NCBI RefSeq assembly: GCF_009914755.1
Contig: NC_060943.1
Strand: one strand, 5' to 3'
Origin: the human T2T-CHM13v2.0 reference genome, Homo sapiens
DNA length: 64,000 nt
Position 1 is the stretch's first letter. Every line of letters begins with the position of its first letter. The position numbers and the translations under genes are program-made. Shown piece after piece: positions 11,261-23,510 of this stretch. Under the pieces are notes generated by a model. The model saw only the letters and a list, made by a program, of their open reading frames with translations. It had not been told where the DNA came from and did no database searches.

Positions 11261-14200
11261 GCAAGTGCAGATTTCAGCCGCTTTGAGGTCAATGGTAGAA
11301 TAGGAAATATCTTCCTATAGAAACTAGACAGAATGATTCTGAGAAATCCTTTGTGATGTGTGCGTTCAACTCACAGAGTTTAACCTTTCTTTTCATAGAG
11401 CAGTTAGGAAACACTCTGTTTGTAAAGTCTGCAAGTGGATATTCAGACCTCCTTGAGGCCTTCGTTGGAAACGGGATTTCTTCATATTATGCTAGACAGA
11501 GGAATTCTCAGTAACTTCCTTGTGTTGTGTGTATTCAACTCACAGAGTTGAACGATCCTTTACACAGAGCAGACTTGAAACACTCTTTTTGTGGAATTTG
11601 CAAGTGGAGATTTCAGCCGCTTTGAGTTCAATGGTAGAATAGGAAATATCTTCCTATAGAAACTACACAGAATGATTCTCAGAAACTCGTTTGTGATGTG
11701 CGCGTTCAACTCACAGAGTTCAACCTTTCTTTTCATAGAGCAGTTGGGAAACACTCTGTTTGTAAAGTCTGCAAGTGGATATTCAGACTTCTTTGAGGCC
11801 TTCGTTGGAAGCGGGATTTCTTCATATTCTGCTAGACAGAAGAATTCTCAGTAACTTCCTTGTGTTGTGTGTATTCAACTCACAGAGTTGAACGATCCTT
11901 TACACAGAGCAGACTTGAAACACTCTTTTTGTGGAATTTGCAAGTGGAGATTTCAGCCGCTTTGAGGTCAATGGTAGAATAGGAAATATCTTCCTATAGA
12001 AACTAGACAGAATGATTCTCAGAAACTCCTTTGTGATGTGTGCGTTCAACTCACAGAGTTTAACCTTTCTTTTCATAGAGCAGTTAGGAAACACTCTGTT
12101 TGTAAAGTCTGCAAGTGGATATTCAGACATCTTTGAGGCCTTCGTTGGAAACGGGATTTCTTCATGTTCTGCTAGACAAAAGAATTCTCAGAAACTTCCT
12201 TGTGTTGTGTGTTTTCAACTCACAGAGTTGAACGACGCTTTACACAGAGTAGACTTGAAACACTCTTTTTGTGTAATTTGCAAGTGGAGATTTCAGCCGC
12301 TTTGAGGTCAATGGTAGAAAAGGAAATATCTTCGTATAAAAACTAGACAGAATGATTCTCAGAAACTCCTTTGTGATGTGTGCGTTCAACTCACAGAGTT
12401 TAACCTTTCTTTTCATAGAGCAGTTAGGAAACACTCTGTTTGTAAAGTCTGCAAGTGGATATTCAGACCTCTTTAAGGCCTTCGTTGGAAACGGGATTTA
12501 TTCATATTATGCTAGACAGAAGAATTCTCAGTAACTTCCTTGTGTTGTGTGTATTCAACTCACAGAGTTGAATGATCCTTTACACAGAACAGTCTTGAAA
12601 CACTCTTTTTGTGGAATTTGCAAGTGGAGATTTCAGCCGCTTTGAGTTCAATGGTAGAATAGGAAATATCTTCCTATAGAAACTAGACAGAATGATTCTC
12701 AGAAACTCCTTTGTGATGTGTGCGTTCAACTCACAGAGTTCAACCTTTCTTTTCATAGAGCAGTTGGGAAACACTCTGTTTGTAAAGTCTGCAAGTGGAT
12801 ATTCAGACTTCTTTGAGGCCTTCGTTGGAAGCGGGATTTCTTCATGTTCTGCTAGACAGAAGAATTCTCAGAAACTTCCTTGTGTTGTGTGTTTTCAACT
12901 CACAGAGTTGAACGATCCTTTACACAGAGCAGACTTGAAACACTCCTTTTGTGGAATTTGCAAGTGGAGATTTCAGCCGCTTTGAGGTCAATGGTAGAAT
13001 AGGAAATATCTTCCTATAGAAAGTAGACAGAATGATTCTCAGAAACTCCTTTGTGATGTGTGCGTTCAACTCACAGAGTTTAACCTTTCTTTTCATAGAG
13101 CAGTTAGGAAACACTCTGTTTGTAAAGTCTGCAAGTGGATATTCAGACCTCCTTGGGGCCTTCATTGGAAACGGGATTTCTTCATATTATGCTAGACAGA
13201 GGAATTCTCAGTAACTTCCTTGTGTTGTGTGTATTCAACTCACAGAGTTGAACGATCCTTTACACAGAGCAGAATTGAAACACTCTTTTTGTGGAATTTG
13301 CAAGTGGAGATTTCAGCCGCTTTGAGTTCAATGGTAGAATAGGAAATATCTTCCTATAGAAACTACACAGAATGATTCTCAGAAACTCCTTTGTGATGTG
13401 TGCGTTCAACTCACAGAGTTCAACCTTTCTTTTCAAAGAGCAGTTGGGAAACACTCTGTTTGTAAAGTCTGCAAGTGGATATTCAGACTTCTTTGAGGCC
13501 TTCGTTGGAAGCGGGATTTCTTCATATTCTGCTAGACAGAAGAATTCTCAGTAACTTCCTTGTGTTGTGTGTATTCAACTCACAGAGTTGAACGATCCTT
13601 TACACAGAGCAGACTTGAAACACTCTTTTTGTGGAATTTGCAAGTGGAGATTTCAGCCGCTTTGAGGTCAATGGTAGAATAGGAAATATCTTCCTATAGA
13701 AACTAGACAGAATGATTCTCAGAAACTCCTTTGTGATGTGTGCGTTCAACTCACAGAGTTCAACCTTTCTTTTCATAGAGCAGTTGGGAAACACTCTGTT
13801 TGTAAAGTCTGCAAGTGGATATTCAGACTTCTTTGAGGCCTTCGTTGGAAGCGGGATTTCTTCATGTTCTGCTAGACAGAAGAATTCTCAGAAACTTCCT
13901 TGTGTTGTGTGTTTTCAACTCACAGAGTTGAACGATCCTTTACACAGAGCAGACTTGAAACACTCCTTTTGTGGAATTTGCAAGTGGAGATTTCAGCCGC
14001 TTTGAGGTCAATGGTAGAATAGAAAATATCTTCCTATAGAAAGTAGACAGAATGATTCTCAGAAACTTCTTTGTGATGTGTGCGTTCAACTCACAGAGTT
14101 TAACCTTTCTTTTCATAGAGCAGTTAGGAAACACTCTGTAAAGTCTGCAAGTGGATATTCAGACCTCCTTGAGGCCTTCGTTGGAAACAGGATTTCTTCA

Positions 14201-15951
14201 TATTCTGCTAGACAGAAGAATTCTCAGTAACTTTCTTGTGTTGTGTGTATTCAACTCACAGAGTTGAACGATCCTTTACACAGAGCAGACTTGAAACACT
14301 CTTTTTGTGGAATTTGCAAGTGGAGATTTCAGCCGCTTTGAGTTCAATGGTAGAATAGGAAATATCTTCCTATAGAAACTAGACAGAATGATTCTCAGAA
14401 ACTCCTTTGTGATGTGTGCGTTCAACTCACAGAGTTCAACCTTTCTTTTCATAGAGCAGTTGGGAAACACTCTGTTTGTAAAGTCTGCAAGTGGATATTC
14501 AGACTTCTTTGAGGCCTTCGTTGGAAGCGGGATTTCTTCATATTCTGCTAGACAGAAGAATTCTCAGTAACTGCCTTGTGTTGTGTGTATTCAACTCACA
14601 GAGTTGAACGATCCTTTACACAGAGCAGACTTGAAACACTCTTTTTGTGGAACTTGCAAGTGGAGATTTCAGCCGCTTTGAGGTCAATGGTAGAATAGGA
14701 AATATCTTCCTATAGAAACTAGACAGAATGATTCTCAGAAACTCCTTTGTGATGTGTGCGTTCAACTCACAGAGTTTAACCTTTCTTTTCATAGAGCAGT
14801 TAGGAAACACTCTGTTTGTAAAGTCTGCAAGTGGATATTCAGACATCCTTGAGGCTTTCGTTGGAAACGGGATTTCTTCATATTCTGCTAGAAAGAAGAA
14901 TTCTCAGTAACTTCCTTGTGTTGTGTGTATTCAACTCACAGAGTTGAACGATCCTTTACACAGAGCAGACTTGAAACACTCTTTTTGTGGAATTTGCAAA
15001 TGGAGATTTCAGCCCCTTTGAGGTCAGTGGTAGAATAGGAAATATCTTCCTATAGAAACTAGACAGAATGATTCTCAGAAACTCCTTTGTGATGTGTGCG
15101 TTCAACTCACAGAGTTTAACCTTTCTTTTCATAGAGCAGTTAGGAAACACTCTGTTTGTAAAGTCTGCAAGTGGATATTCAGACATCTTTGAGGCCTTCG
15201 TTGGAAACGGGATTTCTTCATGTTCTGCTAGACAGAAGAATTCTCAGAAACTTCCTTGTGTTGTGTGTTTTCAACTCACAGAGTTGAACGATGCTTTACA
15301 CAGAGTAGACTTGAAACACTCTTTTTGTGTAATTTGCAAGTGGAGATTTCAGCCGCTTTGAGGTCAATGGTAGAAAAGGAAATATCTTCGTATAAAAACT
15401 AGACAGAATGATTCTCAGAAACTCCTTTGTGATGTGTGCGTTCAACTCACACAGTTTAACCTTTCTTTTCATAGAGCAGTTAGGAAACACTCTGTTTGTA
15501 AAGTCTGCAAGTGGATATTCAGACCTCCTTGAGGCCTTCGTTGGAAACGGGATTTCTTCATATTTTGCTAGACAGAAGAATTCTCAGTAACTTCCTTGTG
15601 TTGTGTGTATTCAACTCACAGAGTTGAACGATCCTTTACACAGAGCAGACTTGAAACACTCTTTTTGTGGAATTTGCAAGTGGAGATTTCAGCCGCTTTG
15701 AGTTCAATGGTAGAATAGGAAATATCTTCCTATAGAAACTACACAGAATGATTCTCAGAAACTCCTTTGTGATGTGTGCGTTCAACTCACAGAGTTCAAC
15801 CTTTCTTTTCATAGAGCAGTTGGGAAACACTCTGTTTGTAAAGTCTGCAAGTGGATATTCAGACTTCTTTGAGGCCTTCGTTGGAAGCGGGATTTCTTCA
15901 TATTCTGCTAGACAGAAGAATTCTCAGTAACTTCCTTGTGTTGTGTGTATA

Positions 15952-18900
15952 CAACTCACAGAGTTGAACGATCCTTTACACAGAGCAGACTTGAAACACT
16001 CTTTTTGTGGAATTTGCAAGTGGAGATTTCAGCCGCTTTGAGGTCAATGGTAGAATAGGAAATATCTTCCTATAGAAACTAGACAGAATGATTCTGAGAA
16101 ACTCCTTTGTGATGTGTGCGTTCAACTCACACAGTTTAACCTTTCTTATCATAGAGCTGTTAGGAAACACTCTGTTTGTAAAGTCTGCAAGTGGATATTC
16201 CGACCTCCTTGAGGCCTTCGTTGGAAACGGGATTTCTTCATATTATGCTAGACAGAAGAATTCTCAGTAACTTCCTTGTGTTGTGTGTATTCAACTCACA
16301 GAGTTGAACGATCCTTTACACAGAGCAGACTTGAAACACTCTTTTTGTGGAATTTGCAAGTGGAGATTTCAGCCGCTTTGAGTTCAATGGTAGAATAGGA
16401 AATATCTTCCTATAGAAACTAGACAGAATGATTCTCAGAAACTCCTTTGTGATGTGTGCGTTCAACTCACAGAGTTCAACCTTTCTTTTCATAGAGCAGT
16501 TGGGAAACACTCTGTTTGTAAAGTCTGCAAGTGGATATTCAGACTTCTTTGAGGCCTTCGTTGGAAGCGGGATTTCTTCATGTTCTGCTAGACAGAAGAA
16601 TTCTCAGAAACTTCCTTGTGTTGTGTGTTTTCAACTCACAGAGTTGAACGATCCTTTACACAGAGCAGACTTGAAACACTCCTTTTGTGGAATTTGCAAG
16701 TGGAGATTTCAGCCGCTTTGAGGTCAATGGTAGAATAGGAAATATCTTCCTATAGAAACTAGACAGAATGATTCTGAGAAATCCTTTGTGATGTGTGCGT
16801 TCAACTCACAGAGTTTAACCTTTCTTTTCATAGAGCAGTTAGGAAACACTCTGTTTGTAAAGTCTGCAAGTGGATATTCAGACTTCTTTGAAGCCTTCGT
16901 TGGAAGCGGGATTTCTTCATGTTCTGCTAGAAAGAAGAATTCTCAGTAACTTCCTTGTGTTGTGTGTATTCAACTCACAGAGTTGAACGATCCTTTACAC
17001 AGAGCAGACTTGAAACACTCTTTTTGTGGAATTTGCAAGTGGAGATTTCAGCCGCTTTGAGGTCAATGGTAGAATAGGAAATATCTTCCTATAGAAAGTA
17101 GACAGAATGATTCTCAGAAACTCCTTTGTGATGTGTGCGTTCAACTCACAGAGTTTAACCTTTCTTTTCATAGAGCAGTTAGGAAACACTCTGTTTGTAA
17201 AGTCTGAAAGTGGATATTCACACCTCCTTGAGGCCTTCGTTGGAAGCGGGATTTCTTCATGTTCTGCTAGACAGAAGAATTCTCAGGAACTTCCTTGTGT
17301 TGTGTGTTTTCAACTCACAGAGTTGAACGATCCTTTACACAGAGCAGACTTGAAACACTCCTTTTGTGGAATTTGCAAGTGGAGATTTCAGCCGCTTTGA
17401 GGTCAATGGTAGAGTAGGAAATATCTTCCTATAGAAACTAGACAGAATGATTCTGAGAAATCCTTTGTGATGTGTGCGTTCAACTCACAGAGTTTAACCT
17501 TTCTTTTCATAGAGCAGTTAGGAAACACTCTGTTTGTAAAGTCTGCAAGTGGATATTCAGACCTCCTTGAGGCCTTCGTTGGAAACGGGATTTCTTCATA
17601 TTATGCTAGACAGAGGAATTCTCAGGAACTTCCTTGTGTTGTGTGTATTCAACTCACAGAGTTGAACGATCCTTTACACAGAGCAGACTTGAAACACTCT
17701 TTTTGTGGAATTTGCAAGTGGAGATTTCAGCCGCTTTGAGTTCAATGGTAGAATAGGAAATATCTTCCTATAGAAACTACACAGAATGATTCTCAGAAAC
17801 TGCTTTGTGATGTGTGCGTTCAACTCACAGAGTTCAACCTTTCTTTTCATAGAGCAGTTGGGAAACACTCTGTTTGTAAAGTCTGCAAGTGGATATTCAG
17901 ACTTCTTTGAGGCCTTCGTTGGAAGCGGGATTTCTTCATATTCTGCTAGACAGAAGAATTCTCAGTAACTTCCTTGTGTTGTGTGTATTCAACTCACAGA
18001 GTTGAACGATCCTTTACACAGAGCAGACTTGAAACACTCTTTTTGTGGAATTTGCAAGTGGAGATTTCAGCCGCTTTGAGGTCAATGGTAGAATAGGAAA
18101 TATCTTCCTATAGAAACTAGACAGAATGATTCTCAGAAACTCCTTTGTGATGTGTGCGTTCAACTCACAGAGTTCAACCTTTCTTTTCATAGAGCAGTTG
18201 GGAACCACTCTGTTTGTAAAGTCTGCAAGTGGATATTCAGACTTCTTTGAGGCCTTCGTTGGAAGCGGGATTTCTTCATGTTCTGCTAGACAGAAGAATT
18301 CTCAGAAACTTCCTTGTGTTGTGTGTTTTCAACTCACAGAGTTGAACGATCCTTTACACAGAGCAGACTTGAAACACTCCTTTTGTGGAATTTGCAAGAG
18401 GAGATTTCAGCCGCTTTGAGGTCAATGGTAGAATAGGAAATATCTTCCTATAGAAAGTAGACAGAATGATTCTCAGAAACTCCTTTGTGATGTGTGCGTT
18501 CAACTCAGAGAGTTTAACCTTTCTTTTCATAGAGCAGTTAGGAAACACTCTGTAAAGTCTGCAAGTGGATATTCAGACCTCCTTGAGGCCTTCGTTGGAA
18601 ACAGGATTTCTTCATATTCTGCTAGACAGAAGAATTCTCAGTAACTTTCTTGTGTTGTGTGTATTCAACTCACAGAGTTGAACGATCCTTTACACAGAGC
18701 AGACTTGAAACACTCTTTTTGTGGAATTTGCAAGTGGAGATTTCAGCCGCTTTGAGTTCAATGGGAGAATAGGAAATATCTTCCTATAGAAACTAGACAG
18801 AATGATTCTCAGAAACTCCTTTGTGATGTGTGCGTTCAACTCACAGAGTTTAACCTTTCTTTTCATAGAGCAGTTAGGAAACACTCTGTTTGTAAAGTCT

Positions 18901-21900
18901 GCAAGTGGATATTCAGACATCCTTGAGGCTTTCGTTGGAAACGGGATTTCTTCATATTCTGCTAGAAAGAAGAATTCTCAGTAACTTCCTTGTGTTGTGT
19001 GTATTCAACTCACAGAGTTGAACGATCCTTTACACAGAGCAGACTTGAAACACTCTTTTTGTGGAATTTGCAAATGGAGATTTCAGCCCCTTTGAGGTCA
19101 ATGGTAGAATAGGAAATATCTTCCTATAGAAACTAGACAGAATGATTCTCAGAAACTCCTTTGTGATGTGTGCGTTCAACTCACAGAGTTTAACCTTTCT
19201 TTTCATAGAGCAGTTAGGAAACACTCTGTTTGTAAAGTCTGCAAGTGGATATTCAGACATCTTTGAGGCCTTCGTTGGAAACGGGATTTCTTCATGTTCT
19301 GCTAGACAGAAGAATTCTCAGAAACTTCCTTGTGTTGTGTGTTTTCAACTCACAGAGTTGAACGATGCTTTACACAGAGTAGACTTGAAACACTCTTTTT
19401 GTGTAATTTGCAAGTGGAGATTTCAGCCGCTTTGAGGTCAATGGTAGAAAAGGAAATATCTTCGTATAAAAACTAGACAGAATGATTCTCAGAAACTCCT
19501 TTGTGATGTGTGCGTTCAACTCACACAGTTTAACCTTTCTTTTCATAGAGCAGTTAGGAAACACTCTGTTTGTAAAGTCTGCAAGTGGATATTCAGACCT
19601 CCTTGAGGTCTTCGTTGGAAACGGGATTTCTTCATATTTTGCTAGACAGAAGAATTCTCAGTAACTTCCTTGTGTTGTGTGTATTCAACTCACAGAGTTG
19701 AACGATCCTTTACACAGAGCAGACTTGAAACACTCTTTTTGTGGAATTTGCAAGTGGAGATTTCAGCCGCTTTGAGGTCAATGGTAGAATAGGAAATATC
19801 TTCCTATAGAAACTAGACAGAATGATTCTGAGAAACTCCTTTGTGATGTGTGCGTTCAACTCACACAGTTTAACCTTTCTTATCATAGAGCTGTTAGGAA
19901 ACACTCTGTTTGTAAAGTCTGCAAGTGGATATTCCGACCTCCTTGAGGCCTTCGTTGGAAACGGGATTTCTTCATATTATGCTAGACAGAAGAATTCTCA
20001 GTAACTTCCTTGTGTTGTGTGTATTCAACTCACAGAGTTGAACGATCCTTTACACAGAGCAGACTTGAAACACTCTTTTTGTGGAATTTGCAAGTGGAGA
20101 TTTCAGCCGCTTTGAGTTCAATGGTAGAATAGGAAATATCTTCCTATAGAAACTAGACAGAATGATTCTCAGAAACTCCTTTGTGATGTGTGCGTTCAAC
20201 TCACAGAGTTCAACCTTTCTTTTCATAGAGCAGTTGGGAAACACTCTGTTTGTAAAGTCTGCAAGTGGATATTCAGACTTCTTTGAGGCCTTCGTTGGAA
20301 GCGGGATTTCTTCATGTTCTGCTAGACAGAAGAATTCTCAGAAACTTCCTTGTGTTGTGTGTTTTCAACTCACAGAGTTGAACGATCCTTTACACAGAGC
20401 AGACTTGAAACACTCCTTTTGTGGAATTTGCAAGTGGAGATTTCAGCCGCTTTGAGGTCAATGGTAGAATAGGAAATATCTTCCTATAGAAACTAGACAG
20501 AATGATTCTGAGAAATCCTTTGTGATGTGTGCGTTCAACTCACAGAGTTTAACCTTTCTTTTCATAGAGCAGTTAGGAAACACTCTGTTTGTAAAGTCTG
20601 CAAGTGGATATTCAGACTTCTTTGAAGCCTTCGTTGGAAGCGGGATTTCTTCATGTTCTGCTAGAAAGAAGAATTCTCAGTAACTTCCTTGTGTTGTGTG
20701 TATTCAACTCACAGAGTTGAACGATCCTTTACACAGAGCAGACTTGAAACACTCTTTTTGTGGAATTTGCAAGTGGAGATTTCAGCCGCTTTGAGGTCAA
20801 TGGTAGAATAGGAAATATCTTCCTATAGAAAGTAGACAGAATGATTCTCAGAAACTCCTTTGTGATGTGTGCGTTCAACTCACAGAGTTTAACCTTTCTT
20901 TTCATAGAGCAGTTAGGAAACACTCTGTTTGTAAAGTCTGAAAGTGGATATTCACACCTCCTTGAGGCCTTCGTTGGAAGCGGGATTTCTTCATGTTCTG
21001 CTAGACAGAAGAATTCTCAGGAACTTCCTTGTGTTGTGTGTTTTCAACTCACAGAGTTGAACGATCCTTTACACAGAGCAGACTTGAAACACTCCTTTTG
21101 TGGAATTTGCAAGTGGAGATTTCAGCCGCTTTGAGGTCAATGGTAGAGTAGGAAATATCTTCCTATAGAAACTAGACAGAATGATTCTGAGAAATCCTTT
21201 GTGATGTGTGCGTTCAACTCACAGAGTTTAACCTTTCTTTTCATAGAGCAGTTAGGAAACACTCTGTTTGTAAAGTCTGCAAGTGGATATTCAGACCTCC
21301 TTGAGGCCTTCGTTGGAAACGGGATTTCTTCATATTATGCTAGACAGAGGAATTCTCAGGAACTTCCTTGTGTTGTGTGTATTCAACTCACAGAGTTGAA
21401 CGATCCTTTACACAGAGCAGACTTGAAACACTCTTTTTGTGGAATTTGCAAGTGGAGATTTCAGCCGCTTTGAGTTCAATGGTAGAATAGGAAATATCTT
21501 CCTATAGAAACTACACAGAATGATTCTCAGAAACTGCTTTGTGATGTGTGCGTTCAACTCACAGAGTTCAACCTTTCTTTTCATAGAGCAGTTGGGAAAC
21601 ACTCTGTTTGTAAAGTCTGCAAGTGGATATTCAGACTTCTTTGAGGCCTTCGTTGGAAGCGGGATTTCTTCATATTCTGCTAGACAGAAGAATTCTCAGT
21701 AACTTCCTTGTGTTGTGTGTATTCAACTCACAGAGTTGAACGATCCTTTACACAGAGCAGACTTGAAACACTCTTTTTGTGGAATTTGCAAGTGGAGATT
21801 TCAGCCGCTTTGAGGTCAATGGTAGAATAGGAAATATCTTCCTATAGAAACTAGACAGAATGATTCTCAGAAACTCCTTTGTGATGTGTGCGTTCAACTC

Positions 21901-23510
21901 ACAGAGTTCAACCTTTCTTTTCATAGAGCAGTTGGGAACCACTCTGTTTGTAAAGTCTGCAAGTGGATATTCAGACTTCTTTGAGGCCTTCGTTGGAAGC
22001 GGGATTTCTTCATGTTCTGCTAGACAGAAGAATTCTCAGAAACTTCCTTGTGTTGTGTGTTTTCAACTCACAGAGTTGAACGATCCTTTACACAGAGCAG
22101 ACTTGAAACACTCCTTTTGTGGAATTTGCAAGAGGAGATTTCAGCCGCTTTGAGGTCAATGGTAGAATAGGAAATATCTTCCTATAGAAAGTAGACAGAA
22201 TGATTCTCAGAAACTCCTTTGTGATGTGTGCGTTCAACTCAGAGAGTTTAACCTTTCTTTTCATAGAGCAGTTAGGAAACACTCTGTAAAGTCTGCAAGT
22301 GGATATTCAGACCTCCTTGAGGCCTTCGTTGGAAACAGGATTTCTTCATATTCTGCTAGACAGAAGAATTCTCAGTAACTTTCTTGTGTTGTGTGTATTC
22401 AACTCACAGAGTTGAACGATCCTTTACACAGAGCAGACTTGAAACACTCTTTTTGTGGAATTTGCAAGTGGAGATTTCAGCCGCTTTGAGTTCAATGGGA
22501 GAATAGGAAATATCTTCCTATAGAAACTAGACAGAATGATTCTCAGAAACTCCTTTGTGATGTGTGCGTTCAACTCACAGAGTTTAACCTTTCTTTTCAT
22601 AGAGCAGTTAGGAAACACTCTGTTTGTAAAGTCTGCAAGTGGATATTCAGACATCCTTGAGGCTTTCGTTGGAAACGGGATTTCTTCATATTCTGCTAGA
22701 AAGAAGAATTCTCAGTAACTTCCTTGTGTTGTGTGTATTCAACTCACAGAGTTGAACGATCCTTTACACAGAGCAGACTTGAAACACTCTTTTTGTGGAA
22801 TTTGCAAATGGAGATTTCAGCCCCTTTGAGGTCAATGGTAGAATAGGAAATATCTTCCTATAGAAACTAGACAGAATGATTCTCAGAAACTCCTTTGTGA
22901 TGTGTGCGTTCAACTCACAGAGTTTAACCTTTCTTTTCATAGAGCAGTTAGGAAACACTCTGTTTGTAAAGTCTGCAAGTGGATATTCAGACATCTTTGA
23001 GGCCTTCGTTGGAAACGGGATTTCTTCATGTTCTGCTAGACAGAAGAATTCTCAGAAACTTCCTTGTGTTGTGTGTTTTCAACTCACAGAGTTGAACGAT
23101 GCTTTACACAGAGTAGACTTGAAACACTCTTTTTGTGTAATTTGCAAGTGGAGATTTCAGCCGCTTTGAGGTCAATGGTAGAAAAGGAAATATCTTCGTA
23201 TAAAAACTAGACAGAATGATTCTCAGAAACTCCTTTGTGATGTGTGCGTTCAACTCACACAGTTTAACCTTTCTTTTCATAGAGCAGTTAGGAAACACTC
23301 TGTTTGTAAAGTCTGCAAGTGGATATTCAGACCTCCTTGAGGTCTTCGTTGGAAACGGGATTTCTTCATATTTTGCTAGACAGAAGAATTCTCAGTAACT
23401 TCCTTGTGTTGTGTGTATTCAACTCACAGAGTTGAACGATCCTTTACACAGAGCAGACTTGAAACACTCTTTTTGTGGAATTTGCAAGTGGAGATTTCAG
23501 CCGCTTTGAG
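15952..23510 (+). repeat. Recent tandem duplication, unit 3,734 bp (11 dimers minus 6 bp), 2 copies
   Basis: Three indels recur at exactly +3734 (16775/20509, 17454/21188, 18548/22282). So do rare SNVs GAGCTGTT, TCTGAAAG, ATTCACAC, GGAACCAC, GCAAGAGG, ATGGGAGA and GAGGTCTTCG. Confidence 0.92.
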
